The notes beneath the pieces were generated by a model. It was not told where the DNA came from. It saw nothing but the letters and a program-made list of their open reading frames with translations, and ran no database searches. Shown one piece after another: positions 27,330 through 42,715 of a stretch of 64,000 bases of DNA (position 1 is its first letter; each line of letters opens with the position of its first letter). The stretch comes from the human T2T-CHM13v2.0 reference genome, Homo sapiens. The stretch lies in assembly GCF_009914755.1 (NCBI RefSeq), contig NC_060947.1; one strand, written 5' to 3'. A program made the translations under genes and the position numbers.

Positions 27330-30252
27330 CTTTAGCTCTTGTTGAGTAGGTAACCTCAATTTGTCCCATTTTTGTCAGAAACACAATTCAGATAAAAATA
27401 TAAGTGGAGATAAACCGGTGAGTTTTGTATTACTGTGTTGCCTGATTCATGGCTAAAATTTTAGAATAAAAGCTGTAAGATCTCTGTTTGCATCTGTATG
27501 TTTATATATGCTTGTATGTATGCATGCATATTACATAAATGACATTTCCCTACTTCCAGATGGTATTACCAAATTAATTTATAAAATCTCTCAAGGAGTT
27601 CTATTCAAATTGGCTTACAAGATAAATGAGACATATAAACTAAATATTCCTAAAACTCCCAGAAATATAGGAACTAACTCAAATGGTTTTCAATTTTATA
27701 TGACTTGGGTAAATCTTTGGGAAATTAGATTACTTTAATATTGTTGGTTTAATTAAAAAAGGGTATGTCCTCTGAGTTATCAGCATTAAATATAAGATGA
27801 GCATACATATTTATTCTACCTGGGTTTAGCAGTATGTTATCTCTACTAAATATTTAAAGTTATAAAAATTATAAATTTAACCTAAGAATGAATGAAGAAG
27901 TGCAGTATCCATCACTTCATGCATATCAAGCAGAGCAGTTAAACAAAACCCATGTATTTAACATTTTTAGGTTTTTGTTTTGTTGATGCTTGCCTAACAT
28001 GAACATGCTATAAAATTAGTTAACAGAAAAATAACTTGAAGTGATGTTTTAGCCTTGTATGATGTTATAATTATTATAACCTAAAAACAGTTTCCAAATA
28101 TTTGGTGATGTGAAACCTTAAGAGTTATCCTAAGTTAAATTAGGTAATAGATATTAATTAAATAACTAGATCATTTCTAAGCAAGATAAACTATTAAAAC
28201 ACTACTAAATCTAAGTTTATGTCTATATACTTTTGGGTTCTTATTTTCACATGGAATAGAGAGGCTAAAATATATTCGAGCCTCTTAATAAACATGAAAA
28301 ATTGTATTATAAAATAATAGCCTATACCTGTAAGAAATGTGGGAGGGTATATTCATAAAATTTGCTAATGTGCACATACAGAATCCTGGTATGTGACAGA
28401 CTTCACAATTGCCCACTTCCCAGTTTTTTTCTGTAAAAGAAATGTGAATGATGGCTGAAAAATATTATCTATCTATCTATATATATAATTAACACCACTG
28501 GAAATAATAAGACTGCAGGGAAACAACTTTGTATGCAAAATATACAAGGGTAGTAGGTTAGATTTTTAATAAAGTATATAAAATATGAAAAATGTGTTTT
28601 CATTAAGGAAAAAAAGAGTCATTTTGTCCTAAAGTAAGATGAGTGATTGTTCAAAATGAGAAAGGGGAAAAGAGTAGGACTGAAGCTAAATACATGTTTT
28701 TTAAAAGTTGTAGAAGTTGTGGAAAAGGAATTTTATGTGTAGTCAAGATGCTAATATTTTTATAAGGATTTTTTAAGCTCAATAATGTACTAATCCATAT
28801 CTATAATTTGGTTTCCGCTCTGTTAAAAGGACAAAGTTTTCTTAAATTATTGTAAAAGATTTTTCTTTACCTGTTTAATAATTCATCTAGGAAGGAAAGA
28901 TGCTGTGTCTTATGTAGATAAATTTCCTGTGCTTCATGTTGTCTTTATCACATATTTAATTACTTTTGAAAGCAAATCTTTTCAATATTAAAAAAGCTAG
29001 GGTTATTTTTCTCGAGTATGTTACTTACTATATTTACCTCTGGAATCTTTTATTGCCACTTTGATTAAATGGATAACTAAGTATATTTCATAGCGATCTG
29101 TAATCCTATTTAATCAAGTGCTCAAACCTTTTGACATTTTTGACAAACTTCCCAAAATCAAATACTAAATGATATCTTTTTGACTTGGAACTAACTGACA
29201 TTTACCAGAGGGCTCTCTTATTAAAGAACTTGTTCTTTCACCTTGTAAAAGAGAGATATTAAAGTAATTAGGTTTATTTCATATGTTAAATTATATGAGA
29301 AGCATTGTCAAATAAGAAGTGATGCTTAACCTTCTATAGATGATATGTATATGAATATAACTTATTAATATGTGTTTCAGAAATTGTATGAAATTCCTAA
29401 AAATTTATCAATGCCCTTACTGACCACATAATGGTCATAATTGCAGTTATTATCTTAAAATACTGTATGCCACACAACTAACCAAATTTCTTGTCAAATG
29501 AACTCTCTTCAGATCTTTAATCATGATCATTTTAAGTCTTCTGTCACTCACAGACAGTTTTTGTTTTACTCTGATTCTTCTCTGAAAGCATCTACAATCA
29601 GCTACAGGCAATAAATTTCCATGATGGCATCAATTGAATAACTTTGCAGACATGCCACTGGACTGAGTAAGAACTTCCAGACTTAATGAAGAAACTGACA
29701 GACTCATAAAACTGCTAACCCTAAATCAAGGAAAACAAGGATTTGTGACATGGGACTGAGTGAACTAATGAGGATGTTTATACTTTTGTATATTTTTGTT
29801 TTAAAACATTGCTGGTTCTTTAATGTTAGTTTCCAGATTCAAGGACCCTTTTCCTCTATTCTCTTAAGCTATCTATAACTTATAGCAATTTAGGAGATTA
29901 TACTTTTGTGAACAAAAATGAATATTTATCTTTCTCTCTACCTTATCCCTCCCAGAATTTGGAACCTTTTATTGAATATTCTCATTTTCATGGCAATATA
30001 GTTATTTGCCTAAGTTCAGTAAGAATATGTTTTCCTTGTAACTAGACACAACTGGAGAAATTGGTTATATTACCAAGATTTTGACCAGAATGTCATATTA
30101 GGGAATCATGGGTATAGAATTAGCTTTAAGGAAATAAAGTTGACTTTATAGAGCCAATGCTTACAAAACGCTCTTGGAAAAACTGGCCTGGTACCTGCCT
30201 TACAGGGTTCCCAGCATTACAGGTGAGTGAGGGAGGTTACTTTCTGGCAGAT

Positions 30253-30297
30253 TGTATAAGTCAGGATTCTCTGGAGAAACAAAACCAACAAAAATAC

Positions 30298-30335
<38 letters not shown>

Positions 30336-30800
30336 GAAGAGATTTATCATGGGAATTAGCTTGCATGATTATGGATACCAAGAACCAGAAAAGCCAGTGG
30401 TGTAATTAAGTTTGAGTTTGAAGGCCTCAGAACCAGGGGAGCCAATGGTGTAACTCGCAATTTACGGCAGTAGTCTCGAGAACCAGAGGGATGCTGATGT
30501 AAATCATGGAGTCTGAAGGCTCAAGAACTAGGAGCTCTGCTGCCCAAAGTCAGAAGATGGATTTTCCAGCTCAAGAAAAGAGAGAGAATTTACCCTTCCC
30601 TGCCTTTTTGTTCTATTCAGGTGGGCCCTCAAAAGACTGGATGATGCCCACTCACATCGGGGAGGGTGGGTCTTCTTTACTCAGCCTACTGATTCAAATG
30701 CCATTCTCTTCCAAAACCACCCTCACTGACATACCCAGAAATAATGGTTTACCAGCATCCATTAAGCCAATCAAGTTGATACATGAAATTAACCATCATG
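30253..30800 (-). mobile_element. MLT2-type (ERVL) solo LTR nested in the provirus, containing (GATA)n at 30299-30333
   Basis: tgtataagtcaggattctctggagaaaca ... gaaattaaccatcatg; the host sequence resumes at caggcccaggaacctc. Confidence 0.8.
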
Positions 30801-31820
30801 CAGGCCCAGGAACCTCAGGGTACCTTGGGGACCTCGAGAAGAGAGGAATTCATCTAAATCCAAAGATATTGCAGGTGAAATTTGGTAGGAAATTCTTGGC
30901 TTGGCTTCATAGTCTTGAGAAGGTTTTGAAAGTCTACTTTGAGATCACTTATGAAAAGTTCCAGCAAAGCAGACTCTAAAAGGCCTATGTGGTTAATTAC
31001 CATTCTTTTTGTATTTATGTAAATAGGCAGGCTGAAGCTAATGAGATCGGATTTATTTTACAAACAAGGGAGATGACTATAGAAAGAAATTTTGTTTCAG
31101 TGGAAAACTATAGTGCACCCATTATCAGATTATAGTCCTGTTCATTGTGTTTGGTTTTATTATCTACCTGTAAACTGGACTGGATTCTGAATTTTTCTAG
31201 TTTTCTTTTTCTGGTTATAACTCTCCAAACTAATGCTTCCAATTTTTCTCCCACCCTCCTGACTTGGTATCACTGAGACCAAAAACTGCCCTTTCCATAA
31301 AGTCCTGCAGATTGAAGCTGGACTTGATATAAACTTCAAACGATATAAAACGCAGCAGATCATCTGTAGGTAATGATCATTACTTCATACCTACTGCTGT
31401 GTGGCCCACTTAGAAAGTTCACTGAAACACCTGATGTCATCAGCAAAGACATTAAAACTGCAAATCAAACCAAGAAATTTCTCATATTGCCACTGCTGTC
31501 CTCACTCCCCCATCTAAAAATGTTTTGAGCTTAAGTCTAGAAATCTTCTTGACTACCTGCCTACTGGATTCAACAACTGTTTCCAGCCATAATCTTTGTT
31601 TTTATTTTGTTTTAATGAAAATTCCCGTCATTAAATGCCTGACTTCTTGCACCATTCAGCAAATATCTGAATGTTTCTTCTTTCCTTGAACAAGAGAAGA
31701 ATGACAAAGACTCTCTCCTTGATCTAACTTTAGTTAGGCTCCTCTGAGCCTCTTATTGATTAAGCCCGAACTTGGACTTCCCTCTGTCCTTGTAGAATCC
31801 AGTTTGAACAAGAATCCTAC

Positions 31821-32488
31821 TGTTCTCAGACCAGACCAAGGGTGGGGTTGCTTATTCTCGCTGCCCAATAACAAGATGCAGGTGAACTGGGAAAGAAGCG
31901 AGTTTATTTCTGTAACCAGGTACAGGGAGAAGGGTGGGAAACTATCGCCAGATCAACTCAAAATTACAAAGTTTTCCAGAGCTTATATACCTTCTAGGCT
32001 ATATGTCTACATGTAAGTGTGCATTCTTCTAAAGACATAAGTGATTAACTCCTTCTAATCTATAACTAAACTCTGAGTTTTGAAGACCTTCCTCTGGAGC
32101 CTCAGTAAATTTACTTAATCTAGATGGGTCCAGGTGCTGGGGTGATTACCCTTATCTTGTCTCCTACTAAATCATGGAGCTTTGAGGAGTTCCTTTAGAC
32201 CACCAGTAAAAATTTTGTGGAGGTCTGGGGAGTTTCTTCAGACCCCCAGTAAAAACTTGCTTAATTCTAAACCGGTCCTGTTAAGAATTCCTTCGTTACC
32301 TTGTCATGCTTCAAGGCCCAGGAAAGGCCTGGGAAAAACTCTTGATGTGCTTTTGTTACCTTCCAGCCTTTGTATAAGGGCACTGGCTCTCTCAGCTTTT
32401 AATATTTAGCGTCACCACTCAGTCAGTGCTGAAACAGTTGTTATGGAGGCCTGCCTGTTCAGCTGTTAGTGAGATATGGCCTGTCATA
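31821..32488 (-). mobile_element. ERV1-class solo LTR (LTR36-like), copy 2, inserted in the 3' LTR of the 25440-32858 provirus
   Basis: TSD CTAC at 31817-31820 and 32489-32492; the empty site aagaatcctactaagtta is preserved in the 5' LTR near 25538-25555. Confidence 0.88.
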
Positions 32489-34361
32489 CTACTAAGTTAT
32501 TTTAGTGAAAATTCTCCACCATTGGTACCTGACCACCCTGAACAGCTGATCAAATTCCTCATACCCCATTCTCCATATCTTGTCACTCTGGCCTGCCTTC
32601 AGCAAGAATCCTGTTGAGTCAGTCAATAAAGTCTCCTCCTTACCCCCGATGTTTACTCTTACTGATTTTCCCTCCACTGACCCCCCACATTGCTCCTTGG
32701 CTATAAATCTACACTTGTCCTTGTTGGATTGGGAGACAAGCCTCCTTTCTCTCCCTTACTGTGAGACCTCACTGCAGTTGTTCCTATACATATTGTGATA
32801 GTCCCATATTGATTAGTCTTCCTTGCTGTCTTTGATGAGCGTCATATTTTTTTTAACAGAAAGTTTCTGTTTTGCTCACTACTATTTTTATCTTTGTATT
32901 TCCATGACATGATGCTGTACCTGGCACATAGTAGGTATTACAAAAATATTTCTTAAGTGAAAGATAAGTGATAGATGATAAGGTATTGGGAGAATGAGAT
33001 TTTCGAGTGGAGGAAAAGGAGCTCCAGAGCCCTTATAGTCAGTTGGAATTTGTCCAGTCACTCACGCGGACATATGTGGAATTTGGAGATTGTTACGAAA
33101 AGTTACTTTGGCACATTTTCTGTCCTTCATAGGCCTCATTTTTCACAGGCAGAAATATCCTTTGAAAAACAAAACAAAACAAAAATTAAGATCCAGTTTC
33201 ACATTTTCCCCTCCAGGTAGCAGTCACAAGAATTTTTTTCCTTCTGATAACATTTTGCTTCCTCTTCTCTCCCTCAAGGTCTTTCTGCGTTTTAGAACAC
33301 AAAAGCAAAAGCATGAAAGAATCATAAAACTTTTACAAGGGCCTTAAGCACCTTAAGTTCAAGTTGTCCTGTATTCTCTAAAGTCCTACTAACTTCGGGA
33401 ACTCTGCAATCACTTTAAAACTGTGTTATTCATTCCAGAAAAAAAATGTACTGCTAACATACTCTTTGAAAAAAGCTGTATTGTGTGATGAGGGTTTTCA
33501 GGGATTCAAAAGCTGATACTCAATGCTATAGGAAAACCCTCTGGTATGTCAGGACAAACAAACAAACCTTCATTATTCAGAAATACTTTGGGCTCCTCTT
33601 AAAAAGCCTAACTGAAAGGCATCACAGACCAACACACACAAGACTTGTCCTCCTTGCTAGTGGGCACAATGGACCTGTACATGTTAAGCTGTAAACAGGA
33701 TGTTTAGGGAGACATCAATTCTAGTGCATTGGAAGTTTGCCTTTGTGTGTACACAGCACCCACCCCCGACATGTATATTGTGATGTGAATATACAAGCTG
33801 CTCAATATATAATGAGTCAGCCATCCTGAAGTTCTTGCGTTTTCTGAAACTCATCATTCAGTGCACAATGGTAATTCAGGCTAGTGCAGGAGCACTGTGA
33901 TTTGTGATCAGTTATGTGGGTCACAAACAAAATCATTTAAGGAAAAAAATTAGGTATTGCAAATTTAGGTTACACATTATTTTTAAATAATTCTTTTTCA
34001 TTTACCATTGGCTAACTTTCTCCTTAATGAAAGTCACTCTAAGAAAAACCCAAATTTTGTGTTCTTGTCATCAAACTAAAAATTCTAAATATAGTCAACA
34101 CAGAAGGATACGTGTCACTATTATAAGCCTAAAAGTTAGAAAACATCAGCCATCTTTCCAACATACCTCTTTACACAATTTACTGTTATTGCCGTGTTAC
34201 AAGGGATGAGCAGATGTCTGAAGTTCCATTGCACCACATCTCTCTGCTCCCCCTCGCCACATGCTGGGGTAAACTACACCTATCCTACTCAGTGACACAT
34301 TATATGCAATTTAGATACAGGCCTAGAAATTTCTGCTTTCAACAGATACTTAGTAGTCCTC

Positions 34362-34710
34362 TGTATTAGTCCATTTTCATGCTGCTGATAAAGACATACC
34401 CAAGACTGGGAAGAAAAAGAGGTTTACTTGGACTTACAGTTCCACATGGCTGGGGAGGCCTCAGAATCATGGCGGGAGGTGAAAGGCACTTTGAACATGA
34501 CAGCGGCAAGAGAAAATGAGAAAGATGCAAAAGTGGGAACCCCTGATAAAACTGATCTCGTGAGACTTATTCACTACCACAAGAACAGTATGGGGGAAAG
34601 CCCCCCCATGATTCAAATTATCTCCCACCGGGTCCCTCTCACAACATGTGGGAATTATGGGAGAACAATTCAAGATGAGATTTGGGTGGGGACACAGACA
34701 AACCATATCA
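34362..34710 (-). mobile_element. THE1 (MaLR) solo LTR
   Basis: tgtattagtccattttcatgctgctgataaagacatacc ... gggacacagacaaaccatatca. Confidence 0.9.
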
Positions 34711-37700
34711 CCATCCACTATATTTCCAGTGGGAGAACCTTTGTTTTGTAGAAAAAACTGCCTTCTTGTCACACAACCAGGAAAAGTTGGGCATGCAGAC
34801 ACTTTGAAGGGTGAGTGGGAATGGAATTTATTGGGTGAAAAGGGGGAAAAAAACTCTCAGCAAATTGAGAGGGGTTCCTGTTAACAGGCCCCCAACTCAC
34901 AGATTTAATCCCAGGTTACAACAAAGGAACAGGAGAGGCCAGTCTCCTCCCCACTGCAAATGGCACAAACTTCCCGAGGCTCCACCCTGTCCTCCCAGTG
35001 CATGGCCTGGTTGGAGTTTCTCTGGGAACCCCTTCCCACCTGGCTGTCTCATTCCCACCTCTAAAGAAGTACATCTAACTGCCATTAGAATAAGGATAAG
35101 GATAAGGACGAAGACCAATTTTAACTGCTTTCTGCTGACAGGGGGCACTTTTTTGGGGAAAACGGCAGTCAGAGTTCCCTCAGAGGCCTATCTAAGGTTT
35201 CTCAGCAGAAGGAGCCATCATCAGAGGCTCTGATTCCATGACCATTTGGAGTTTGATGGCCTGAGGGAAAGAACAGACAAACCGGGTTATTAAAAATCAT
35301 GTATCAAAATGAAACAAGGGGAGGGGTAAGGACAGTTCAAAAATTCCAAGGCCTTTTACTGGTTTGCACAGGGAGAGGGAGGCCAAAAGCCTGCCTGGTA
35401 ATAAACTTTACCCTTTTGCCAGCATGTTGGGTTTCTGGGTTCCCTTCCCCTGATCCCAATCCTAAGCCAACCAGCGTAAGATCTGGGAAATTAACTTTTC
35501 CCATTTCGGAGGATGCATCTCAGGGGAGTGTCTTGTAGTACAGAGACACAATTACCTATCAGTGAAGAGAGGACAGAGAAGGAAAAATGGAAAAAGAAGG
35601 TTTTTTTCAGAGGAGTCCCAGGGGTTCATGATACATTTGAAAGGGGTACAGACTGAAGATTAATTGCTACTCATCTAGAAAGAGGGGAGCAGGTATCTCT
35701 GGTTCCTTTCTCTTCCTGGCAAATACTTGGGGTATGTGAGGGAGGGAAAGTGAGTTGTTCCTCTTTCTTTCCTCCATCCTTGTATCCTCTAGTCCTGGCA
35801 ACCGTGACAGGCTGCTAGCCATGGGTGTTAAAGCGGCTTTCATCCATGTTAACAGGAGAACCTAGGGGGTGGGTGTATCTGCTCTTACCCATATACACCC
35901 TATCTCCCCTGCTGTCAGTAGCCTTGAATTACTTTGCCCTCATTTATGCCATGGATACTAATGTGACCTTTATCCATGAAACGGGAAGCTTGGCTTAATC
36001 GGCAGGAATTAGCCCTGCTCACCTGCACTGTGCTTTTTAACTTCCATTATCATCTGCCTCCAGATCCCTCAGATGCAGTTTTCTTTCCTAGGACTTTGAC
36101 CAGAAGCTTGGAATTGAGTTTGGGACAAAAATGTGCCTCCAGGGGGTGGCATGGACTACTTATCATAAGCCAAATGCTAAGCTGAAGCTGTGGTATTGAA
36201 TCTTCCTCCAACAATGGAGAGAAAAGGATGCGTTGTGAAATGCCCAGATAACTGGTGGCTATAGTTATGCTTGCTAAGATTTGGGTGCATTGTGCTTGAC
36301 TTTAGTTAATTCCCTTGGTCTTAGTCTCCCAAAAAAGAGACCTCTGGGTGATGGGCAACCTATTTAGTCCCATCACCTGGCAGGATTTGCAGGATAATTG
36401 CTCAGAACTAGAATATTGATCCAGATTTCTACATTACTCATCCCTTTTCTTTCTGAGCTGCAGCCAGAGTTTGCTGGTTGGTTCACAGGAATAAGCAAAG
36501 TTAGTCTAAAATGTAGGCGAAAACTTAAAAATGACTAATGAGTTTAGAATTTAATGACAAATGTATAAGTTTTGAAGCATAATTTCTCTCTCTCCAGTCC
36601 TCATTTTTGTTTAAAAAACAAATCATGACGAATAGGACTAAGTTTTTTGCAAAATAGACTTTAGCATTATAGTTGACATCATTATGTGCATAAAATGCAG
36701 CAAGAATAACTATTTTTACATACTTGAGATTCCACAAGGAATCTCAGAGAAGACCTTTTAAAGTGGTGCCCAGACATGGGTTTGTATCCTTAAATACCTG
36801 TGAGTTGGGTGATCCTCTCCTCTTAAGGTCCCAAGATAAACTTGGAGCTCCTGGGCCTGTTAGAAAGTGACATCCTTTACTGACCACAGTTCAGGAACTC
36901 TGTATAGGAACTGTGTAGGCAAGGGTATGAGGCCAGTTTTCCCAAGGGGCTTTTATCAGCTCTGCAAGTTGAGCTTGACTTCTTAAAGGGAAGCATACTC
37001 TTTCAGTCAAAGCCTTGGTAAAACAACCAGTTTCTACAATTGTGTCCTGTTGCAAAAGAAAATGGATTCTTACTGCACTGATGCAAACAACTATATTGCC
37101 ATAAGTTAAGAATACTCACAGATAGTTTCCAAATTCTAGAGGAACCAGGCAGAGAGAAACAAACATGCTCCAAATTTTGTTCACAAGAGTATATCTCACT
37201 CAATTATTGAAGGCCATAAATAGTTCAAAATAAGTTTCCTTGACTCTGAAAAACAAAACAATGATCAGCAATATTCCAAGCAAAAGTCAAAAAGATTGCT
37301 TCAGTTTTCTGAGTTCAGTCCATTTAGTTGACTCTTGTTTTCCTAGATATTCATGAACATTTGAGCTCTTCATGAATCCTGTATATTTTTCCTTTATTCC
37401 AATGTCACAGTCTCCAAAGTTATCAGAAACCTATATTTGAGAGCACCTGTCAGAATCCTATAGCTTATTATAAACCCTCTTCTAAAAAGGATCAAAACAA
37501 AATAACAATTGTTTGTAAATAACAGTGTCCAGGGTAGTAACAGTTAGAAATGCAATTGACAAAGAAGTTTGTTTTACAATAACTTAACATAACAACCTTA
37601 ATTATGATTGATAGCATATACTTTAGACATCATAGTTTTAGAAATCCCATACAATTTTGGAACATATATTAGTATTGTTCACCAAAATATAACCTAAAGA

Positions 37701-39165
37701 AAATTGAACACCATTTTGGCAATCCCATGTACCTAAACATGTCAAATAATCCTGTTTACCTCTCTTTTGGATACTCCAGGGGCCCTCTGAAGCACCCAAA
37801 AGCCAGGCATCAAGAAAGGCAATTTTGAAACTGAAATCTAATTTCAGGAAGCCTGTTAAGTGTTAGAAATTTAGAACACTTGATGTTATGAAATAGAATT
37901 CCAGATTACTGTGAATTATTTATTTTGCCAAAATGATGACTCACAAATTTTAAAAAAGCAAAAACCTTTTATAACCCTTTACCAGTTTTGCTAAAGACCA
38001 GATTAGTGCCTTAAGAGTACCTTGTTGTGTTTTTATTTCGATGTTCAATTTACAGAAAAACCATATAATACCCTTTTGAATTTAGTCAATATGTTCACAC
38101 ACAGAATTTTTGCAAGAATAATTTTTGCAATCCTTCCACCACTTGTTTGAACTTTTAGCTTTATCTTGTCTAATTTAAAACAATTATTTACCCCGGGCAA
38201 GAATTTACATTTCCATGCCTTTTTAATAATCTTTTACTAAAAACACATTTTACTGTTCTTATATACCTCACATGTAAATCTATTTCCAGTAGTTTCAATT
38301 ACATGTTATAATGGTAATGCCTAGCAATTTTTAACTTAAATGTAAAACAGGGTAAGTTGTTTTAATTATGTGCTGGGGCAGCCAAGGTTTGACTCCTTCC
38401 AGCTTAATTAAGGGTGTGGTTCATTCCATATGTCCCCAGGCCTTACCAGTTGTGAAGCAGGCAAGTCAAGTAGTTCTCAAAACCCCAAAAGCAGTTTCTA
38501 ACCTTAAAATATTTAGCAAAGCTAGCACCTGACCTGCATAATTTAGTCCACCTATTTATATTTTGATGACATCTGCTTTTTACCAATAATCTTTAAGGCT
38601 GTTTTTATTTCTCAAAGATTAAAGTCATGTGAACTGAAAGGTACCACAGCTTTTATCTTCCCTTTAAACAATATTTGATCCAAGAGCTTATCTTCCTTTA
38701 GGCCAATTAATTAGAGCTCTTTTTATAGGCGTCACACACAGAGCACATATATAACTACACAGACAGGAAGAAGAAAACCCAGTCACCATAAAATCTTTTG
38801 TTTGCCAATCTCCTAACTGGATTATTGACTTCTGGGTGGAGCCCTTTAAGAGACAGGGCTAGGAAAACATGCAGCTTCTAAGGCCTAATAAATAGGCATA
38901 GATGCAGCAAAAACAGATTTTGAGAGGGATCTATTCGCTTTTAATTCCTGAGGTTCCGTGAGGAAAACTGAGGTCTCTCCCCTCTAATGTGTGCTTTGAG
39001 AGTGGCAAGGCAAAATGGAGAAAAATAATTCAGTTGATTGAGAAAAAAACCTTTTTTCAGCAAAACAAGATCAAAGAAAAGAAAAACATAAAGGCCTTTT
39101 AAATATACCTATAACTTGGGTATCCACTTTTAATTAAGCTGAGCACTCTTTAAGAAAGTCCTTTT

Positions 39166-39494
<329 letters not shown>

Positions 39495-39936
39495 TTAGTC
39501 ACACCAAGTGGCCAATATTTCTGGCTTTCAAACTTTACTAAAGGCTCAGAGAAAGGAAAATCCAAGGCAGTTTATGGAGGGGAAGAGAATCAACAGATAG
39601 CAAATGTTGCACAGATATCAAACCAGAAAGGACTCATTCCCTAAGCCAAGATAGAACCCTGGGCTGCCATTATAAAATTGCAGAGGACAAAAGAAAGGCA
39701 TTGCCACATGGTTACAGGCCATGCTCCCAAGGATATAAAACAAGATGGAGGCCTACCACAAAGTTTGCTACAGAACCTGCAGAAAGACACACAAAGCACA
39801 CCAGATTGGCTACAACTCAAGACCACCTTCACAAATCTTTTTTCATAATTAAAACTTTACAGAGAATATAAACAGTGATCTCCATCATTTCTGGCCCAGC
39901 AAAACATCTTCCAAAAGGAAAAAAAAACCTCCCTTA

Positions 39937-40322
<386 letters not shown>

Positions 40323-41609
40323 CTACACCAGGGAGAGAAAATTAATTGCTGCCCAAAGGAGTTGGACCCCTTGGCCAGGTTAGGGGAAGGCTCCCTTGCC
40401 ATGCATCCCAGTCCTGGCCAGGAGGGGAGTGGGGGAGGCACCATTCACTGGTCCATCCCGCACGCACCTGCAACCGTTGGGGTTGCAGTTTCCTCTACCC
40501 TCAGAAGAGGTCCAAGGAAAAAAAGGCTTAGAAGTGAAAGGAAAAAAGATTTTTTGGTTTGCATAGTACTCAGCCTTCCTCAAGCTCCATGTCTGGTTGC
40601 CAAAAATGTTGTAGAAAAAACTGGGTTGTTGTCACACAACCAGGAAAAGTTAGGCACACAGACATTGTGAAGGGTAAGGGGAAACAGAATTTATTTATTG
40701 GGCAAAAGGGAAAAGAAAAAACTCTCAGCAACGCGAGAGGGGTTCCTGTTTACAGACTCCCATCTCACAGATTGAGTCCCAGGTTACCACACAGGAACAG
40801 GAAAGGCCAGGCTCCTACCCCCTGCAAATGGTGGGAAATTCCCGAGGCTCCACCCTGTCTTCCCAGAGTGCAGGTCAGTCAGAGGTTCTCTGGGGACTCC
40901 TTTTTTACTCGGCTGTCTCACCTTCATCTGAAAGCCACAAAACAATGGAGTTAGGCTTCAGTAGTCTTCATTGTGTTAATATTTGGTAAATACATCTAAA
41001 GATGCATTTAGTTCTGTTATGACAGCTTTTTAAATAAATAAAAACACATATCACTGATGTGTAAAATGTAATTTTAACTCTCAACTGTTTGCACAGGAGC
41101 CATGTATTTGGCAGAGCGCTATTGTTAATCATGGCAGTAGATCACTCCCACAGCTTTGTTTCTTCTGCTGATAATCACATCTCTTCCTCTATAGAAACAT
41201 TCCCCAAATGCCCTAGGTATAAGAGTTCGTTCAGAAGGAGAACCCAGCTAGAAACGAAAAAATTCTCAACCAAAGGTGGGAATACCTATGAAACCAAGAG
41301 GCACCACAAACAAGGAAAGCATCCTAGATGTCCCACTGGGTGCCATTAGTGAGAGGTTAGTAAAACACTGAGAAGGCAGTGGACTCTTCCGGGAGCAATC
41401 ATGCTGCCAGATGTGGAGATTAATACTCATTCAACCATGTGGTATCTGAAGTCATGCATCAGTACATCCAAGAATTGTACACTTGGAGAATTATGTTATA
41501 TACTGCATGGTATCAAAATCAAAATGCTATTTGGTTTTGCATCTACGTTTCTTGCCCAAACTCTTTGTCATACTGCAAACACAAGTTTCTGATATTCTAC
41601 CAAATAGAT

Positions 41610-41940
41610 CTCTCTTAGAAGCATACTCTGAACAAGGACTCCAATGCAAGTAGTTTACTTGGGAGGAGACTTGCAGAAAACACAGGTAGGGGAGTGGAGA
41701 AGTAAGACAGGGAAGGGAAAAGGCAAAGAGTATCTTGTCAAAGCCGTTAACTACTGTGGGTACCTAGAGCTTAATCCTGTTGCTAAGCTCTGGGAGTCAG
41801 TGTAGGAGAGTTACCTTCATGGCCCCATCTCGACCCTCAAGTGAGGGAACTAGAGTATGTTTATACATCAGTTGTTGTCATCTTTACATAAGGGCTACTG
41901 GGAGAGGAGATGGGCATTAATTCCCTAGCACTGGCATCCC
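41610..41940 (-). mobile_element. Ancient ERVL-type LTR fragment
   Basis: agaagcatactctga...tgcaagtagtttacttgggagg...ggggagtggagaagtaagacagggaaggg. Confidence 0.5.
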
Positions 41941-42234
41941 AAGTGTTGATTTTCTGGGTGGTCACTTGTTTCCAGATTTATGCAAGCACATTGCTTGAGA
42001 GCAGATGATAAAGGAGCTGGGACATCAATGAGAATTTCTGATGTTACACAGTAAACATCAACTTTCTCTTCCTCCAAGGGGATAATCTTATTTTGAAATG
42101 TTAAATAAAAAAGAAAAATGTCATCAATGGGAATGTCTTCCAGGAGTTACACAGAAAGTAATGTCAAAGATAATCAGAAAATAGGCCTTGCAAAGATTGG
42201 TTGAAGTCTTTTAAGTAGAGAAGTATTGTTCCTA

Positions 42235-42633
<399 letters not shown>

Positions 42634-42715
42634 TTATAGAAGGAGCTATTGATAAAATAGAAGATGCTCTTATCAACTATTTTTCTCCATAAACATCATA
42701 AACATCTACATAAAC

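Larger units (their letters stand above)
25440..32858 (+). mobile_element. Non-autonomous MER4-group-like provirus with MER67/MER31-like LTRs
   Basis: LTRs tgacaaaga...taaca at 25440-25881 and 31702-32858 (the latter split by a solo LTR); His-like PBS ggctgtgactcagat; PPT aacaagagaagaa; flanks ggaag/gaaag; AT-rich internal region with no long ORF. Confidence 0.85.

Noticed and set aside
30506-30979. 157-aa ORF
   Set aside because: Chance frame spanning an MLT2/ERV junction with no recognisable domain.
34742-35051. p53 response element expected in some MER61 subfamilies
   Set aside because: Only an imperfect half-site (gggcatgcag) is visible; no paired RRRCWWGYYY decamers.
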